The notes under the pieces are model-generated. The model searched no databases. It saw only the letters and a list, made by a program, of their open reading frames with translations, and was not told the origin of the DNA. A program made the translations under genes and the position numbers. A stretch of 35,908 nucleotides of DNA from a virus (taxonomy: Duplodnaviria > Caudoviricetes): positions 1-35,908 of IMG/VR virus record IMGVR_UViG_3300031227_000191; one strand, given 5' to 3'. How positions within the stretch are numbered: the stretch's first letter is position 1; each line of letters begins with the position of its first letter. Shown here one piece after another: positions 26,116-35,060 of this stretch.

Positions 26116-26295
26116 ATGACAGATAAAGAAAAACTAGCCGCCTTACTAACTGAGTTCGGGGTTGAGTTTGAAGAGGACGAGGATTCGATACTGTGTAGAG
26201 ATAAGTCAAAACACATCTTCGGGCGACGCGGATTCTTTACAAGCTTTGAGTTCACCACCGACGGAGCTTTTAGACTACTGGGAGTCTGGGGATGA
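26116..26295 (+). CDS. Small hypothetical protein (59 aa, absent from ORF track)
   Basis: MTDKEKLAALLTEFGVEFEE...GFFTSFEFTTDGAFRLLGVWG; AAAGGAG RBS; ATGA coupling to next gene. Confidence 0.75.
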   Translation: MTDKEKLAALLTEFGVEFEEDEDSILCRDKSKHIFGRRGFFTSFEFTTDGAFRLLGVWG

Positions 26296-26477
26296 AAACA
26301 AATGCATACCTGTATTGCTGCAAGAAATGTGGCACAAGAATGAGATCTGCTTCAGCGACCCCCACCTGTAGCGGCTGTAAATGTAGGGGATGTTTGACCT
26401 TGTTGCCGGAAACCCCGAAGCAATGGTCATCGAGAACTAAAATGGGAAGAACGGAGGCATATAATGTTACCTTATGA
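26292..26477 (+). CDS. Small zinc-ribbon protein
   Basis: CKKC...CSGC. Confidence 0.65.
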   Translation: MKTNAYLYCCKKCGTRMRSASATPTCSGCKCRGCLTLLPETPKQWSSRTKMGRTEAYNVTL

Positions 26478-26546
26478 TAACCTCGGTATAGAATTTATGG
26501 ATTGTACTGGAACCATAACAACGTACAAACACCCAAAGGAAAACAG

Positions 26547-26873
26547 ATGAGCGAAACAAAAACATGGAACCTAGCACCCAAGGATGACCTCCGCAATGTA
26601 ACCACGTTGCGGGGGGACACGTTAGAGGCAGCCTCGATAGTAGCATTAGAGAAGCTAGGCTACGTGGTTACCGAGGAAGTGCCGAACTACTATGTGACTG
26701 CACTGGAGCCGCTAGACAAAAGCGGATACCCAAGAATTCAAATATATACAACCGGCGCGACGACAAAATGGTTAGACCTCAACATGGAATCGGTTAAGAT
26801 TATAACCGACTGGATGTGGGACTGCGTTTGTTGGCACCAAAACCCAGAAAGAAAGGAAGACAATGCACCATAA
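26547..26873 (+). CDS. Hypothetical protein
   Basis: Probable ATG 26547 (MSETKTWNL) after AAAGGA RBS. Confidence 0.65.
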   Translation: MSETKTWNLAPKDDLRNVTTLRGDTLEAASIVALEKLGYVVTEEVPNYYVTALEPLDKSGYPRIQIYTTGATTKWLDLNMESVKIITDWMWDCVCWHQNPERKEDNAP

Positions 26874-28014
26874 ATACGGCCCATCAGGGCTTGAGAGCCT
26901 AGAGAAGTGCCCTAGATTTAGGAGCACAGGAACCTCGGAAGCCGCGGAATCAGGCAACCGGGTACATGAGATGGTAGCATGCGGAATCACCAAAGCTGAA
27001 TGCTATGGATCGACGGATGAAGAGGTAGAGTTGGCGGAGAAGTGTGAAGCCTTTGAACTCCGGTATTGTGAAGAACACCACATTGACAATACCAGATACC
27101 TCATCGGTAAAGAGGTAATACTCGGACAACACCTCAGCCATAGTGAGTACCAGCATCCATACGGAACAGCTGACTGGAGAGCAATACCAAACCCACTCAT
27201 CGAAGTTGTCTTGCCTTCCTATCTAATAGACTGGAAGACAGGAACCCAGAAACTTAGTGATGCTGTAGAGAACCTTCAGGTGCAATCCTACGCATGGCTG
27301 ATGTTTCTCGAAGATCCGAGGTGTCCTGAGGTTAATGTGGCTTTGTACTATCCAAGATACGACGAAGCTACGTATGCCAATTTCACAAGAGACGATTACT
27401 TCCAGGTAATCGAGAGTCGGGTTCACAAGGTAATAGAGAGATGTGAGAATCCGCATTCAGAACCATGCCCCGGTGAGATATGTCAGTGGTGTTCCGTTAA
27501 AGCTGGATGCCCAGCGATGATGGATACGGCGCTGACCATCAGCCGGAAACTAGGTCTCCCGATACCAGAGAACTTTGAACCCAAGTCTCCGGCGTCGATA
27601 AGAGATCGTGTGATTGCACAACTGCTGGCCTCGTACCTAGGTGACTGGTCGAAGCAGGTGAAAGCACTCAACACAAGAGCAGCCGTAGAAGACGGTGACG
27701 AGCTACCTGGCTTCTCGGTTAGGACCCGTAAAGGGAACCAAGTGGTTAACAATATGCCAGGCCTCTTTGAAGATATTTCAGAGGAATTTGAAATAGATGT
27801 TGACTTTTTTCTAAGGAGCTGTAATATATCCGTCGAACGATTGGCTGAGGATGTAGCAACCGAGAAAGGAGGCATAAAGAGCCACATACTAAAACGAATA
27901 AAGGAGATACAAGAAACCTATGCAACAAGAAACCCAGATATAACTTATCTGCAACGAACGAAGGGTACAGATGAAAAAAGACTTCTCGAAGAATGCCTCA
28001 GCAGAGACGAGTGA
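26863..28014 (+). CDS. PD-(D/E)xK Cas4-like nuclease (DUF2800-like)
   Basis: HHKYGPS...CP, GTAD, IDWKTG, NLQ..SYA, CQWC.....CP Fe-S-type cysteines. Confidence 0.85.
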   Translation: MHHKYGPSGLESLEKCPRFRSTGTSEAAESGNRVHEMVACGITKAECYGSTDEEVELAEKCEAFELRYCEEHHIDNTRYLIGKEVILGQHLSHSEYQHPYGTADWRAIPNPLIEVVLPSYLIDWKTGTQKLSDAVENLQVQSYAWLMFLEDPRCPEVNVALYYPRYDEATYANFTRDDYFQVIESRVHKVIERCENPHSEPCPGEICQWCSVKAGCPAMMDTALTISRKLGLPIPENFEPKSPASIRDRVIAQLLASYLGDWSKQVKALNTRAAVEDGDELPGFSVRTRKGNQVVNNMPGLFEDISEEFEIDVDFFLRSCNISVERLAEDVATEKGGIKSHILKRIKEIQETYATRNPDITYLQRTKGTDEKRLLEECLSRDE

Positions 28015-28780
28015 ACAAACACCGCAAGAACTACACGACGCTGAAAACGCTGCACCGGACAATGCCGAATTAGAGAGCATTGAGGGTACCAATCCCAGCG
28101 CAGTTGTGCAACGCGGTTCGATTGAAATCGGACAGATTACCGGAGAGATAGACGCTGGTGATTTGAGAATTCCTTATCTCAAAATCGCACAGCGAACCGG
28201 CGAACTGGCTGAGAACGGGTTCACTCCCGGCAGCTTGGTGCTTAATAGCGAGTACCTTGTAGCCGATGAAATGGCACCAGTGGTCATAACGATACTCTCA
28301 TTGGCTAAATGCTGGCGAGAACGGCTTCCCTATGATCCGAACGGTCCGATGCCGAGGACGTTCAAGACAACCCAGGAAGCCAAGGATGCCGGGTTGAGCT
28401 TCTTATGGAGCGGACCTGACAGCGCGAGAGTGCCACCAGGGGTCGATGAACAGGCGACCCTGAACATCCTGATAGAGAAACCAGAGGGCTTGGACTGTCC
28501 AGCCTTTAGTCTCTGCTATGAACAGGACGAAGCACCGCCTAGGTTCTACGCACCGGCACAGTGGATTGTTGCCAGAACGGCATATTTCTCAGTAGCAAAA
28601 CCCGTGCTGACGAAAGCCTTCATGCAGTTCAAAGAGCCGCCGGGACTCCCGCGAGCCTTGTGGGAAATCTCAGTGCATCCGAAAGAGAAGAACGGCTTCA
28701 AGTACAAACAGCCTACAATCAAACACATCGGTATGAATGAAGATGCGTTCATCGAGTGGATTAGGACGGTGATGACTTGA
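27971..28780 (+). CDS. Putative ssDNA-binding/recombination protein
   Basis: DLRIPYLKIAQ..G motif and position between Cas4-like nuclease and polymerase. Confidence 0.55.
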   Translation: MKKDFSKNASAETSEQTPQELHDAENAAPDNAELESIEGTNPSAVVQRGSIEIGQITGEIDAGDLRIPYLKIAQRTGELAENGFTPGSLVLNSEYLVADEMAPVVITILSLAKCWRERLPYDPNGPMPRTFKTTQEAKDAGLSFLWSGPDSARVPPGVDEQATLNILIEKPEGLDCPAFSLCYEQDEAPPRFYAPAQWIVARTAYFSVAKPVLTKAFMQFKEPPGLPRALWEISVHPKEKNGFKYKQPTIKHIGMNEDAFIEWIRTVMT

Positions 28781-29052
28781 ACGTCAAAGTCGAACAGTTC
28801 GTGAGTAAGAGCTCAGGCCGGGCAGTACCAAACCAGTTCATCCTAAGCATCGGCAAAGATGTCTACTTCCAAAGCGACGAGACAATCATAGCTAAGAAGT
28901 GTGACAACGGAGACGTTATCTTGGATATAAAAGACTGGGACTACTCAGCGATCACGGCAAGATATAGAAATGAGTTCCTCGGAAAAACAACCGCGCAAAT
29001 AAAAACGCGAATAAAATCCGGGGAATACAAGCTGGCGAACCTTAACAAATAG
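28777..29052 (+). CDS. Conserved phage hypothetical protein
   Basis: GRAVPNQFI...FQS...IIAK...WDYS.IT.RYRNEFLG; TTG start overlapping upstream stop. Confidence 0.7.
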   Translation: MNVKVEQFVSKSSGRAVPNQFILSIGKDVYFQSDETIIAKKCDNGDVILDIKDWDYSAITARYRNEFLGKTTAQIKTRIKSGEYKLANLNK

Positions 29053-29061
29053 GGTTAGCAT

Positions 29062-29098
29062 CGGACACGCAACGGGGGACACCTAGTCCCCCGTGTCC
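29062..29098 (+). terminator. GC-rich hairpin upstream of polymerase
   Basis: ggacac..cgggggac-accta-gtcccccg-tgtcc; no clear U-tract. Confidence 0.4.
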
Positions 29099-29115
29099 AG
29101 TTGACAAAGGATTTT

Positions 29116-30870
29116 ATGGAAATATATGCGATAGACTTTGAAACCTTCTACACCAAAGAATACAGCGTAAAAGTAATGGGGCCAGAGGCCTACGTTGCCG
29201 ACCCTAGGTTCGACCCGTACATGGTGTCAATAGTGGGAGAAAATCTTAAATACGTGGGCATTCTCGATGAGGCTCCGTGGAAGGACGTAACCAAACAACA
29301 TTGGGTAAGTCATAATGCCAGGTTCGACGAAACAGTGTTCCTTAGAGCCCAAGAACTTGGCCTCATACCACAAGGTATCGGGCCATCCTTGTGGGACTGC
29401 ACGGCTGACTTGTCGTGTTATATGAAAGCACCTAGGTTTCTTGCTGGTGCTGCTGAAGTAATCTTGGGTGTTAAGGTATCTAAGGATATTCGAAATAAGA
29501 TGCTCGGTCTTGACCTGGGCAAGATTATTGCCTGCGGCATGCTCGACGAAGTCTTGGAGTATGCCTTGCTAGATAGCCAGCTCTGTCTGGGCATCTGGAA
29601 CGAGTGCAGTCCTAACTGGCCCGAGCATGAGCGCCAGGTTTCGCGAGATAACCGGGTTGCCGGGCATCGGGGCATCATGGTCAACCGGAAACTTTTGGAT
29701 GACGGGTTACAAAAGATGCGAAAGGTTTTATTTGACACCGAAAAACTAATCCCCTGGGATTGGAGCAAATACAAAACCCCGTTAGCTCCGTCTCTTGTAC
29801 ATAAGTTTTGCGACCAGCATAGGATTAGGCGTCCGGCTTCCATGGCAAAGACCAGCCCGTTGTTTGACGTTTGGCTCGAGGACTATGGTGACCTGCACCC
29901 TTGGGCCCGAGCACTTGGTGTCTGGCGTAGTGCCAATATGTTTTACAAAAAACTCGTAACCCTCGAATCCAGGCTGACTGAAGAAGACGAGTTTTCGTTT
30001 GCGTTAAAATATTTTGGGGGACATACCGGAAGGTTCAGCGGAGACTCAGGATTCAACATGCAAAATCTGCCAGGCAAACCTTTGTTTGACGTCGACCTTC
30101 GAGGATGCCTTATACCAAGGGCCGGACATCGGTTTCTCATAGCCGATTACTCCCAGATCGAGGCCCGCATACTACTTTGGCTGGCACAAGACTGGGAAAC
30201 CATGGACATTGTGCGGAGTGGTGTTCATATCTATGAAGCCCACGCAAGGCGCACAATGGGTTGGGTGGATGGTATTCTTAAAGAAGAGAACCCTCAGATA
30301 TACAAGCTCGCCAAGGCCCGGGTGCTCGCTTGTGGTTATGGTGTAGGGGCAAAACAGTTCAAAGTTATGGCAAAGATTCTCGCAGACGTAGACGTAACCC
30401 CGGCCGAAGCGGCTTCAACTGTACGAGACTACCGTGGGAGCAACCCTAAAATTGTTGCGACTTGGCAGGGTGCCCAGCGCGAGATGGCTTGGTCTGCTTC
30501 CAGAAACGAGCCTTACGAGATAGTGCTACCGAGCGGCAGGTCACTGGAATACTTTGACATAACGTCACGAAGTGACGGGATGCAAGCTCGCCCGGTTCGC
30601 GGGATGCCTAAGAAATATTTCTATGGTGCGAAGGTAATAGAGAATGTCTGCCAAGCCATAGCACGAGATGTACTGGTCGAGGGTTGGCTTAGGCTCAAGC
30701 GAGCTGGCTTACCACAGATGTTCACTGTACACGATGAGTTCGTTATAGAAGCACAAGAGTCAGAGAACATAATTGAAGATGTCACAGAGATATTGTCTGC
30801 CGACGTAGCCTGGTTACCTGGATGCCCGATGGGTGTCGACGTTAAGCTAGTTGACCAGTACGAGAAGTAA
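29116..30870 (+). CDS. polA: DNA polymerase family A with 3'-5' exonuclease domain
   Basis: Exo I IDFET, Exo II HNARFD, TGRFSG, motif A IADYSQIEAR, motif B KARVLACGYG, motif C TVHDE; probable ATG 29116. Confidence 0.95.
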   Translation: MEIYAIDFETFYTKEYSVKVMGPEAYVADPRFDPYMVSIVGENLKYVGILDEAPWKDVTKQHWVSHNARFDETVFLRAQELGLIPQGIGPSLWDCTADLSCYMKAPRFLAGAAEVILGVKVSKDIRNKMLGLDLGKIIACGMLDEVLEYALLDSQLCLGIWNECSPNWPEHERQVSRDNRVAGHRGIMVNRKLLDDGLQKMRKVLFDTEKLIPWDWSKYKTPLAPSLVHKFCDQHRIRRPASMAKTSPLFDVWLEDYGDLHPWARALGVWRSANMFYKKLVTLESRLTEEDEFSFALKYFGGHTGRFSGDSGFNMQNLPGKPLFDVDLRGCLIPRAGHRFLIADYSQIEARILLWLAQDWETMDIVRSGVHIYEAHARRTMGWVDGILKEENPQIYKLAKARVLACGYGVGAKQFKVMAKILADVDVTPAEAASTVRDYRGSNPKIVATWQGAQREMAWSASRNEPYEIVLPSGRSLEYFDITSRSDGMQARPVRGMPKKYFYGAKVIENVCQAIARDVLVEGWLRLKRAGLPQMFTVHDEFVIEAQESENIIEDVTEILSADVAWLPGCPMGVDVKLVDQYEK

Positions 30871-30882
30871 TAGGAGAACATA

Positions 30883-33048
30883 ATGTTTTTTGCGATCCCT
30901 AACATCAGCAGCCACAAAGCAAGTGTGGTTGTCCCTTGGGACTTTGAGCCCCGAGTGCCAGCAGCGGCTCAACGTACTAAGGCAAAGTTCAAAGCTTGGT
31001 ACCGATTACCAACAACCCAGCACTGCCATTACTCTGCATTTGAAGGCTCGGATGCCCTGACCAGAGTCGATACATCAAACCCGCCGGTCTTTATCCATGG
31101 GATCGTTACAGACTATGATACATTCGTAGATGAACACAGCATCGAAGCAATTCACGAACGCACCGAACCGGAGCTTATGCCCAACTGGGCATCCAAGACT
31201 CATAGTAACGGCGCTAGGTTGATATGGCTCTTCGAGACTCCGCTGTCTCTCCCGGATACAGCCTTCACTAAAGAGTTCTTGAAAATAGTAAAGGCAAAAC
31301 TAGGGCTGACTAAGCTTCTGCCGGGATTCGACGAACCAGCGTACACACAACCAACTAAGTATTACGAAGTCGGCGTGGATTGGGAGCTGTTCAAGGAAGA
31401 GACGTTGCCGGAGACTTTGATACAAGCCTGGGCACACGAAGCAGGAACCAAAGTTGACTGGGAAGGACAAACAGGGATTCCTTTTGAAGACCTGTCCGCG
31501 GAACTGGATAAAAAGTATCCGGGTGTCTGGCCCGGTGGGTTCTCTTTGGGTGCAAGGGGTCCTTCATTCTGGGTACCGGGTGGCATAAACCCTACAGCGG
31601 CAATAGTCCGGGAAACCGGGATTCAAAGTTTCAGTTGTCATCCGGGCTTCGTAACATGGGAGACCTTGTTTGGTAAAAGGTTTGTTTCAAAATATACTGA
31701 GGCTAAGTCGGGCCAGGTGATAACCGAAACCTTGTACGATGGCTCTGATTACTGGCGTCGTCGCGAAGATGGCAAGTGGATGCGACACAGCAGAGAAGAC
31801 TTTAGGATGCTTCTGAAAGTGAAGTACGGGTTCTCCTCGACAGCTGGACGCAAGGAGACCAGTTCAGAAGTTGACCGGGTCATGGTTGACATTCACGAAC
31901 GCCGAAGAGTAGAGTGTGCATTGCCTTTCGTTCACTTCCCACGAGGCATCATGGAGTACGATGGCAAAACGTTTCTCAACACGTCAACGGCTACCCCGAT
32001 ACCACCAGCCCCAGAGGACGTAGTTAAGTGGGGAGACGGATTCCCGTGGCTCGGAGACTTCTTGATTAAGTTCTTTGACCCACACGATCAATTCGATTTC
32101 TTCTTGGCGTGGCTGAAACACTTTTACGAGGGCGCCTACTTCGAGCGTCCTAGGCTCGGGCAGTCCGTGTTCCTGGCTGGTGATGTGGGCATGGGGAAGA
32201 CCCTGCTGTCAACTGGTGTCGTTAGCCGCCTGGTGGGTGGCTTTGCTGATGCCAGCTCGTATCTCCTGGGCAACGAGCGGTTCACGGGGCACATCATAGA
32301 GAAGCCAGTCATGTCTGTTGATGATACCAGCCCGGCTACTGACAAAGAACACCACGCAAAGTATTCAGCTATGATAAAGAAGATTGCGGCTAACCGGCAC
32401 CAGCAGTTCGAAGAGAAATTCCGTAAGGCCGGGCAGGTGATTTGGCTCGGTCGCGTCTTTGTCACCTGTAACGCTGATCCTGAATCCATAAAACTCCTGC
32501 CAAACATGGAGCTGAGTCTCATGGATAAAATCATGCTGTTCAAAGCTGCCCACATACCAAAGAAGTTTCCTCCTGACCAAGTGCTAGAAGACCTGCTTAC
32601 CGAGGAGCTTCCATACTTTGCCAGGTGGCTTTTGAACTGGGAGATGCCGGCACACTGTGTTGGAGACTCTAGGTTTGGGGTCGAGGCGAAGCATGAAAAG
32701 TCTATGTTTCAAACGGCTATTCACTCTGGTTCTAGCGCGGCATTCCTCGAACTCCTGAAAATGTTTTTAGAAAACTACGAGCTTGGATTAGACAAGGATG
32801 CTTCGGGTACAACGGAAGTCTGGGTAGGCACAACAACAAAGTTGATTTCTGACATGCTTGCTGATGAGTCTATCCGTCCGATGGTGCAGAAGTATTCACC
32901 TACAGGGGTCTCCACAATCCTAGGCCAGTTGAAGGCTCGGGGGTATCCCTTCAACCGTGTAAGAGATAAAAAACGTAACCGAGCATGGGAAATACCCTTC
33001 ATAATAGAGGAGCCAGGAGATGCGGATGTTGATGAAAATGATGGATGA
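30883..33048 (+). CDS. Primase-helicase (primase-like N-terminus + P-loop NTPase)
   Basis: DYD and KTHSNGARL primase-like motifs; Walker A GDVGMGKT, Walker B SVDD, motif C VTCN. Confidence 0.85.
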   Translation: MFFAIPNISSHKASVVVPWDFEPRVPAAAQRTKAKFKAWYRLPTTQHCHYSAFEGSDALTRVDTSNPPVFIHGIVTDYDTFVDEHSIEAIHERTEPELMPNWASKTHSNGARLIWLFETPLSLPDTAFTKEFLKIVKAKLGLTKLLPGFDEPAYTQPTKYYEVGVDWELFKEETLPETLIQAWAHEAGTKVDWEGQTGIPFEDLSAELDKKYPGVWPGGFSLGARGPSFWVPGGINPTAAIVRETGIQSFSCHPGFVTWETLFGKRFVSKYTEAKSGQVITETLYDGSDYWRRREDGKWMRHSREDFRMLLKVKYGFSSTAGRKETSSEVDRVMVDIHERRRVECALPFVHFPRGIMEYDGKTFLNTSTATPIPPAPEDVVKWGDGFPWLGDFLIKFFDPHDQFDFFLAWLKHFYEGAYFERPRLGQSVFLAGDVGMGKTLLSTGVVSRLVGGFADASSYLLGNERFTGHIIEKPVMSVDDTSPATDKEHHAKYSAMIKKIAANRHQQFEEKFRKAGQVIWLGRVFVTCNADPESIKLLPNMELSLMDKIMLFKAAHIPKKFPPDQVLEDLLTEELPYFARWLLNWEMPAHCVGDSRFGVEAKHEKSMFQTAIHSGSSAAFLELLKMFLENYELGLDKDASGTTEVWVGTTTKLISDMLADESIRPMVQKYSPTGVSTILGQLKARGYPFNRVRDKKRNRAWEIPFIIEEPGDADVDENDG

Positions 33049-33298
33049 CCTTTTGGGTCGAGAAGATATTACGTTCGAGGAGTACATGTTAACTCGGATG
33101 CTGATGCGAAGCACAGTAAACCTGATTTCAAACGGGGAAGTAGGAACCCTTGAAATCTTAAACACAATAGCAGAGGAGTATTTCAAACGGAGAGGTCCAG
33201 GAGACCGACATAGAGCCCTGCTATCTGAATGTCAGGACTCCGACTACCCGGTCTTGAGTCAGAAGTTTGATTGGAAGTTTGAACCTGGAGGTGCGTGA
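33020..33298 (+). CDS. Hypothetical protein
   Basis: Up to 92 aa; several possible ATG starts; TGATG coupling to next gene. Confidence 0.6.
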   Translation: MRMLMKMMDDLLGREDITFEEYMLTRMLMRSTVNLISNGEVGTLEILNTIAEEYFKRRGPGDRHRALLSECQDSDYPVLSQKFDWKFEPGGA

Positions 33299-33888
33299 TG
33301 GCACTAAGTGAAGTGTACGGCCCAACAACAATTCAGAAAGTGTACACAAAGAAAATTGCGGCTCGGTACTACAGAAACCCGCACCTCTATTTTGATACAG
33401 CAGAAGGATTCGATAACAAAGGAGAAAAGATGCTAGATGGAAACCAAGAAGGCGACATATATGGGGCTACTCACGTGAGTATAACCCCGGATACTCAGCA
33501 GTACGACCCCACCGCTGTGGTACCAGCAGCGGAAGTAGTGGTAACAGTACCTGAGGTAGACGACCGGTATAAATGCGAACAACTTCACAGCACACCTAGG
33601 GCCGAAGTGCTTGAGGAAGCCAAGCAACATATCACGGGTGACCGGAATGCAAGTTACGGCCCACCAACGCAAGACTTCCAACGGACTGCAGACATGTGGA
33701 CTGCGTTGCTCCAGCTCAAACTGAAGCCCGGAGAACGGATACGTTCACAGGATGTAGCGTGGATGATGATAATGCTGAAAGCCAGTAGGGCCCAGCATTC
33801 CGGGAAACGAGATAACTATGTAGATGCAGCCGGGTATGCTGGTTGCGGGTGGGAATGTGAAATGGAAGAGGAGGAAAAAGATGGGTAA
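33298..33888 (+). CDS. DUF6378-like domain protein
   Basis: VLEEAKQHITGDRNASYGPP..DF.R.A.MW...DVA.MM..LK.SR...DNYVD.AGYA pattern; GGAGG RBS. Confidence 0.8.
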   Translation: MALSEVYGPTTIQKVYTKKIAARYYRNPHLYFDTAEGFDNKGEKMLDGNQEGDIYGATHVSITPDTQQYDPTAVVPAAEVVVTVPEVDDRYKCEQLHSTPRAEVLEEAKQHITGDRNASYGPPTQDFQRTADMWTALLQLKLKPGERIRSQDVAWMMIMLKASRAQHSGKRDNYVDAAGYAGCGWECEMEEEEKDG

Positions 33889-34099
33889 CTTAACAGCGTC
33901 AGAAGCATTATTTGGGTTTTGTGGGTGGTTAACGACACGGAAGGAGAAGACGGTTATGAGCAGTACAAATGACTGTGCTTCGATTGCCAGGCTAATAGAG
34001 ACCTTTTGTGCCGTGAACAAGCTGGAAACACCACGCGAACATTGGGAGCGTGAATTGATTCATCCTGGAGAACAACTGGGGGAGACTAAAGATGCGTAA
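33881..34099 (+). CDS. Hypothetical protein
   Basis: Probable ATG 33881 (MGNLTASEALFGFCGWLTTR) after GAGG RBS. Confidence 0.7.
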   Translation: MGNLTASEALFGFCGWLTTRKEKTVMSSTNDCASIARLIETFCAVNKLETPREHWERELIHPGEQLGETKDA

Positions 34100-34577
34100 A
34101 TTATCAACATGGAGAACAGGACTCATTGTAACCGTGGATCCTGGGGCCGGGGGAGCCTTTGCTATCCACCAACCGGAGACCCAAGAGACAGACGTGTTAA
34201 ACATGCCACCCTCAAAGGAAGAAATCTTTGACGCGTTCAAGACCTTCTCGGACATTTGTGCTGGAGCTGGAGTCCCGATGCACATCGTTTGTGAGAACGT
34301 CGGCGGGTACAGGCCCGGCAATTCCGGGCCGGCGGCAGTCAAGTTTGGCCGGCATTGTGGTCACCTGGATATGGCGTTCATCGCGCTAGGTCACAAGCCG
34401 ACCATGGTAGCCCCGGCAGTATGGATGCGGAAAGACCGGCCGACTCTATCCAAAGAGAAGTCTATACGCAAACGGACCATCAAAGATGAGATGGCTGATA
34501 AGCATCCTACTCTCCGGGTCACGCTCAAGAACGCGGATGCTTTGGGTATCTTGGATTACGCGTTGAAGTATTTGTAA
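34092..34577 (+). CDS. RuvC-like Holliday junction resolvase
   Basis: VTVDPGAGGAFA, VCENV, KFG...G, P.VW, ADALGI motifs. Confidence 0.85.
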   Translation: MRKLSTWRTGLIVTVDPGAGGAFAIHQPETQETDVLNMPPSKEEIFDAFKTFSDICAGAGVPMHIVCENVGGYRPGNSGPAAVKFGRHCGHLDMAFIALGHKPTMVAPAVWMRKDRPTLSKEKSIRKRTIKDEMADKHPTLRVTLKNADALGILDYALKYL

Positions 34578-34611
34578 AACAAACCCCCTGCCTGACGCCA
34601 TACGCTTGTAA

Positions 34612-34749
34612 TCAGGCCACAGACGCACGTATCCAAAATCGTGGGAGGCGCACCATAAATTTCCGGTGCATAAAGGCGGTGGGGTTTGTGGGATTGATAA
34701 TTACGAGACGTTGTGTATTCCTTGTCACGTTGTAGCTGGCAGGGGCTGA
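34612..34749 (+). pseudogene. HNH endonuclease C-terminal remnant
   Basis: Frame reads WEAHHKFPVHKGGGVCGIDNYETLCIPCH; bounded upstream by in-frame TAA (34609) with no start codon. Confidence 0.75.
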
Positions 34750-34765
34750 TTGAAAGGATAGGATT

Positions 34766-35047
34766 ATGAAATTCGATATAAGCAAGGCCAAGAAATTCAT
34801 GGTTGGTCATAGAACCTTTGAGATAAAGTGGCAGAGAGAACTTATAGAGGACAGGTATGTAGGGTTAATGGACAAAACCAGGCGCGTTGTCACGTTGCAA
34901 AGCGGTAGAGCCAAAGAGGAAGAGATCGAAACGTTCTTCCACGAGGTCATTCACTCCGCTGACTCCGTGCTTTGCGAAGGACTTAGCGAGCGACAGACCA
35001 TAAGATTGGGCTCGTTGGTCGCCCAGGCTATTATGACGTTGAAGTAA
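34766..35047 (+). CDS. Small HExxH zinc-metallopeptidase-like phage protein
   Basis: ETFFHEVIH...SE motif. Confidence 0.75.
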   Translation: MKFDISKAKKFMVGHRTFEIKWQRELIEDRYVGLMDKTRRVVTLQSGRAKEEEIETFFHEVIHSADSVLCEGLSERQTIRLGSLVAQAIMTLK

Positions 35048-35060
35048 CAAAGGACTAAAC

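Noticed and set aside
26162-26371. 69-aa ORF from the track
   Set aside because: A better 59-aa ORF (26116-26295) with strong RBS and translational coupling occupies the same DNA
26863-28014. cas4 as part of a CRISPR-Cas system
   Set aside because: Stand-alone Cas4-like nucleases are common in phage replication modules; no cas1/cas2 or array
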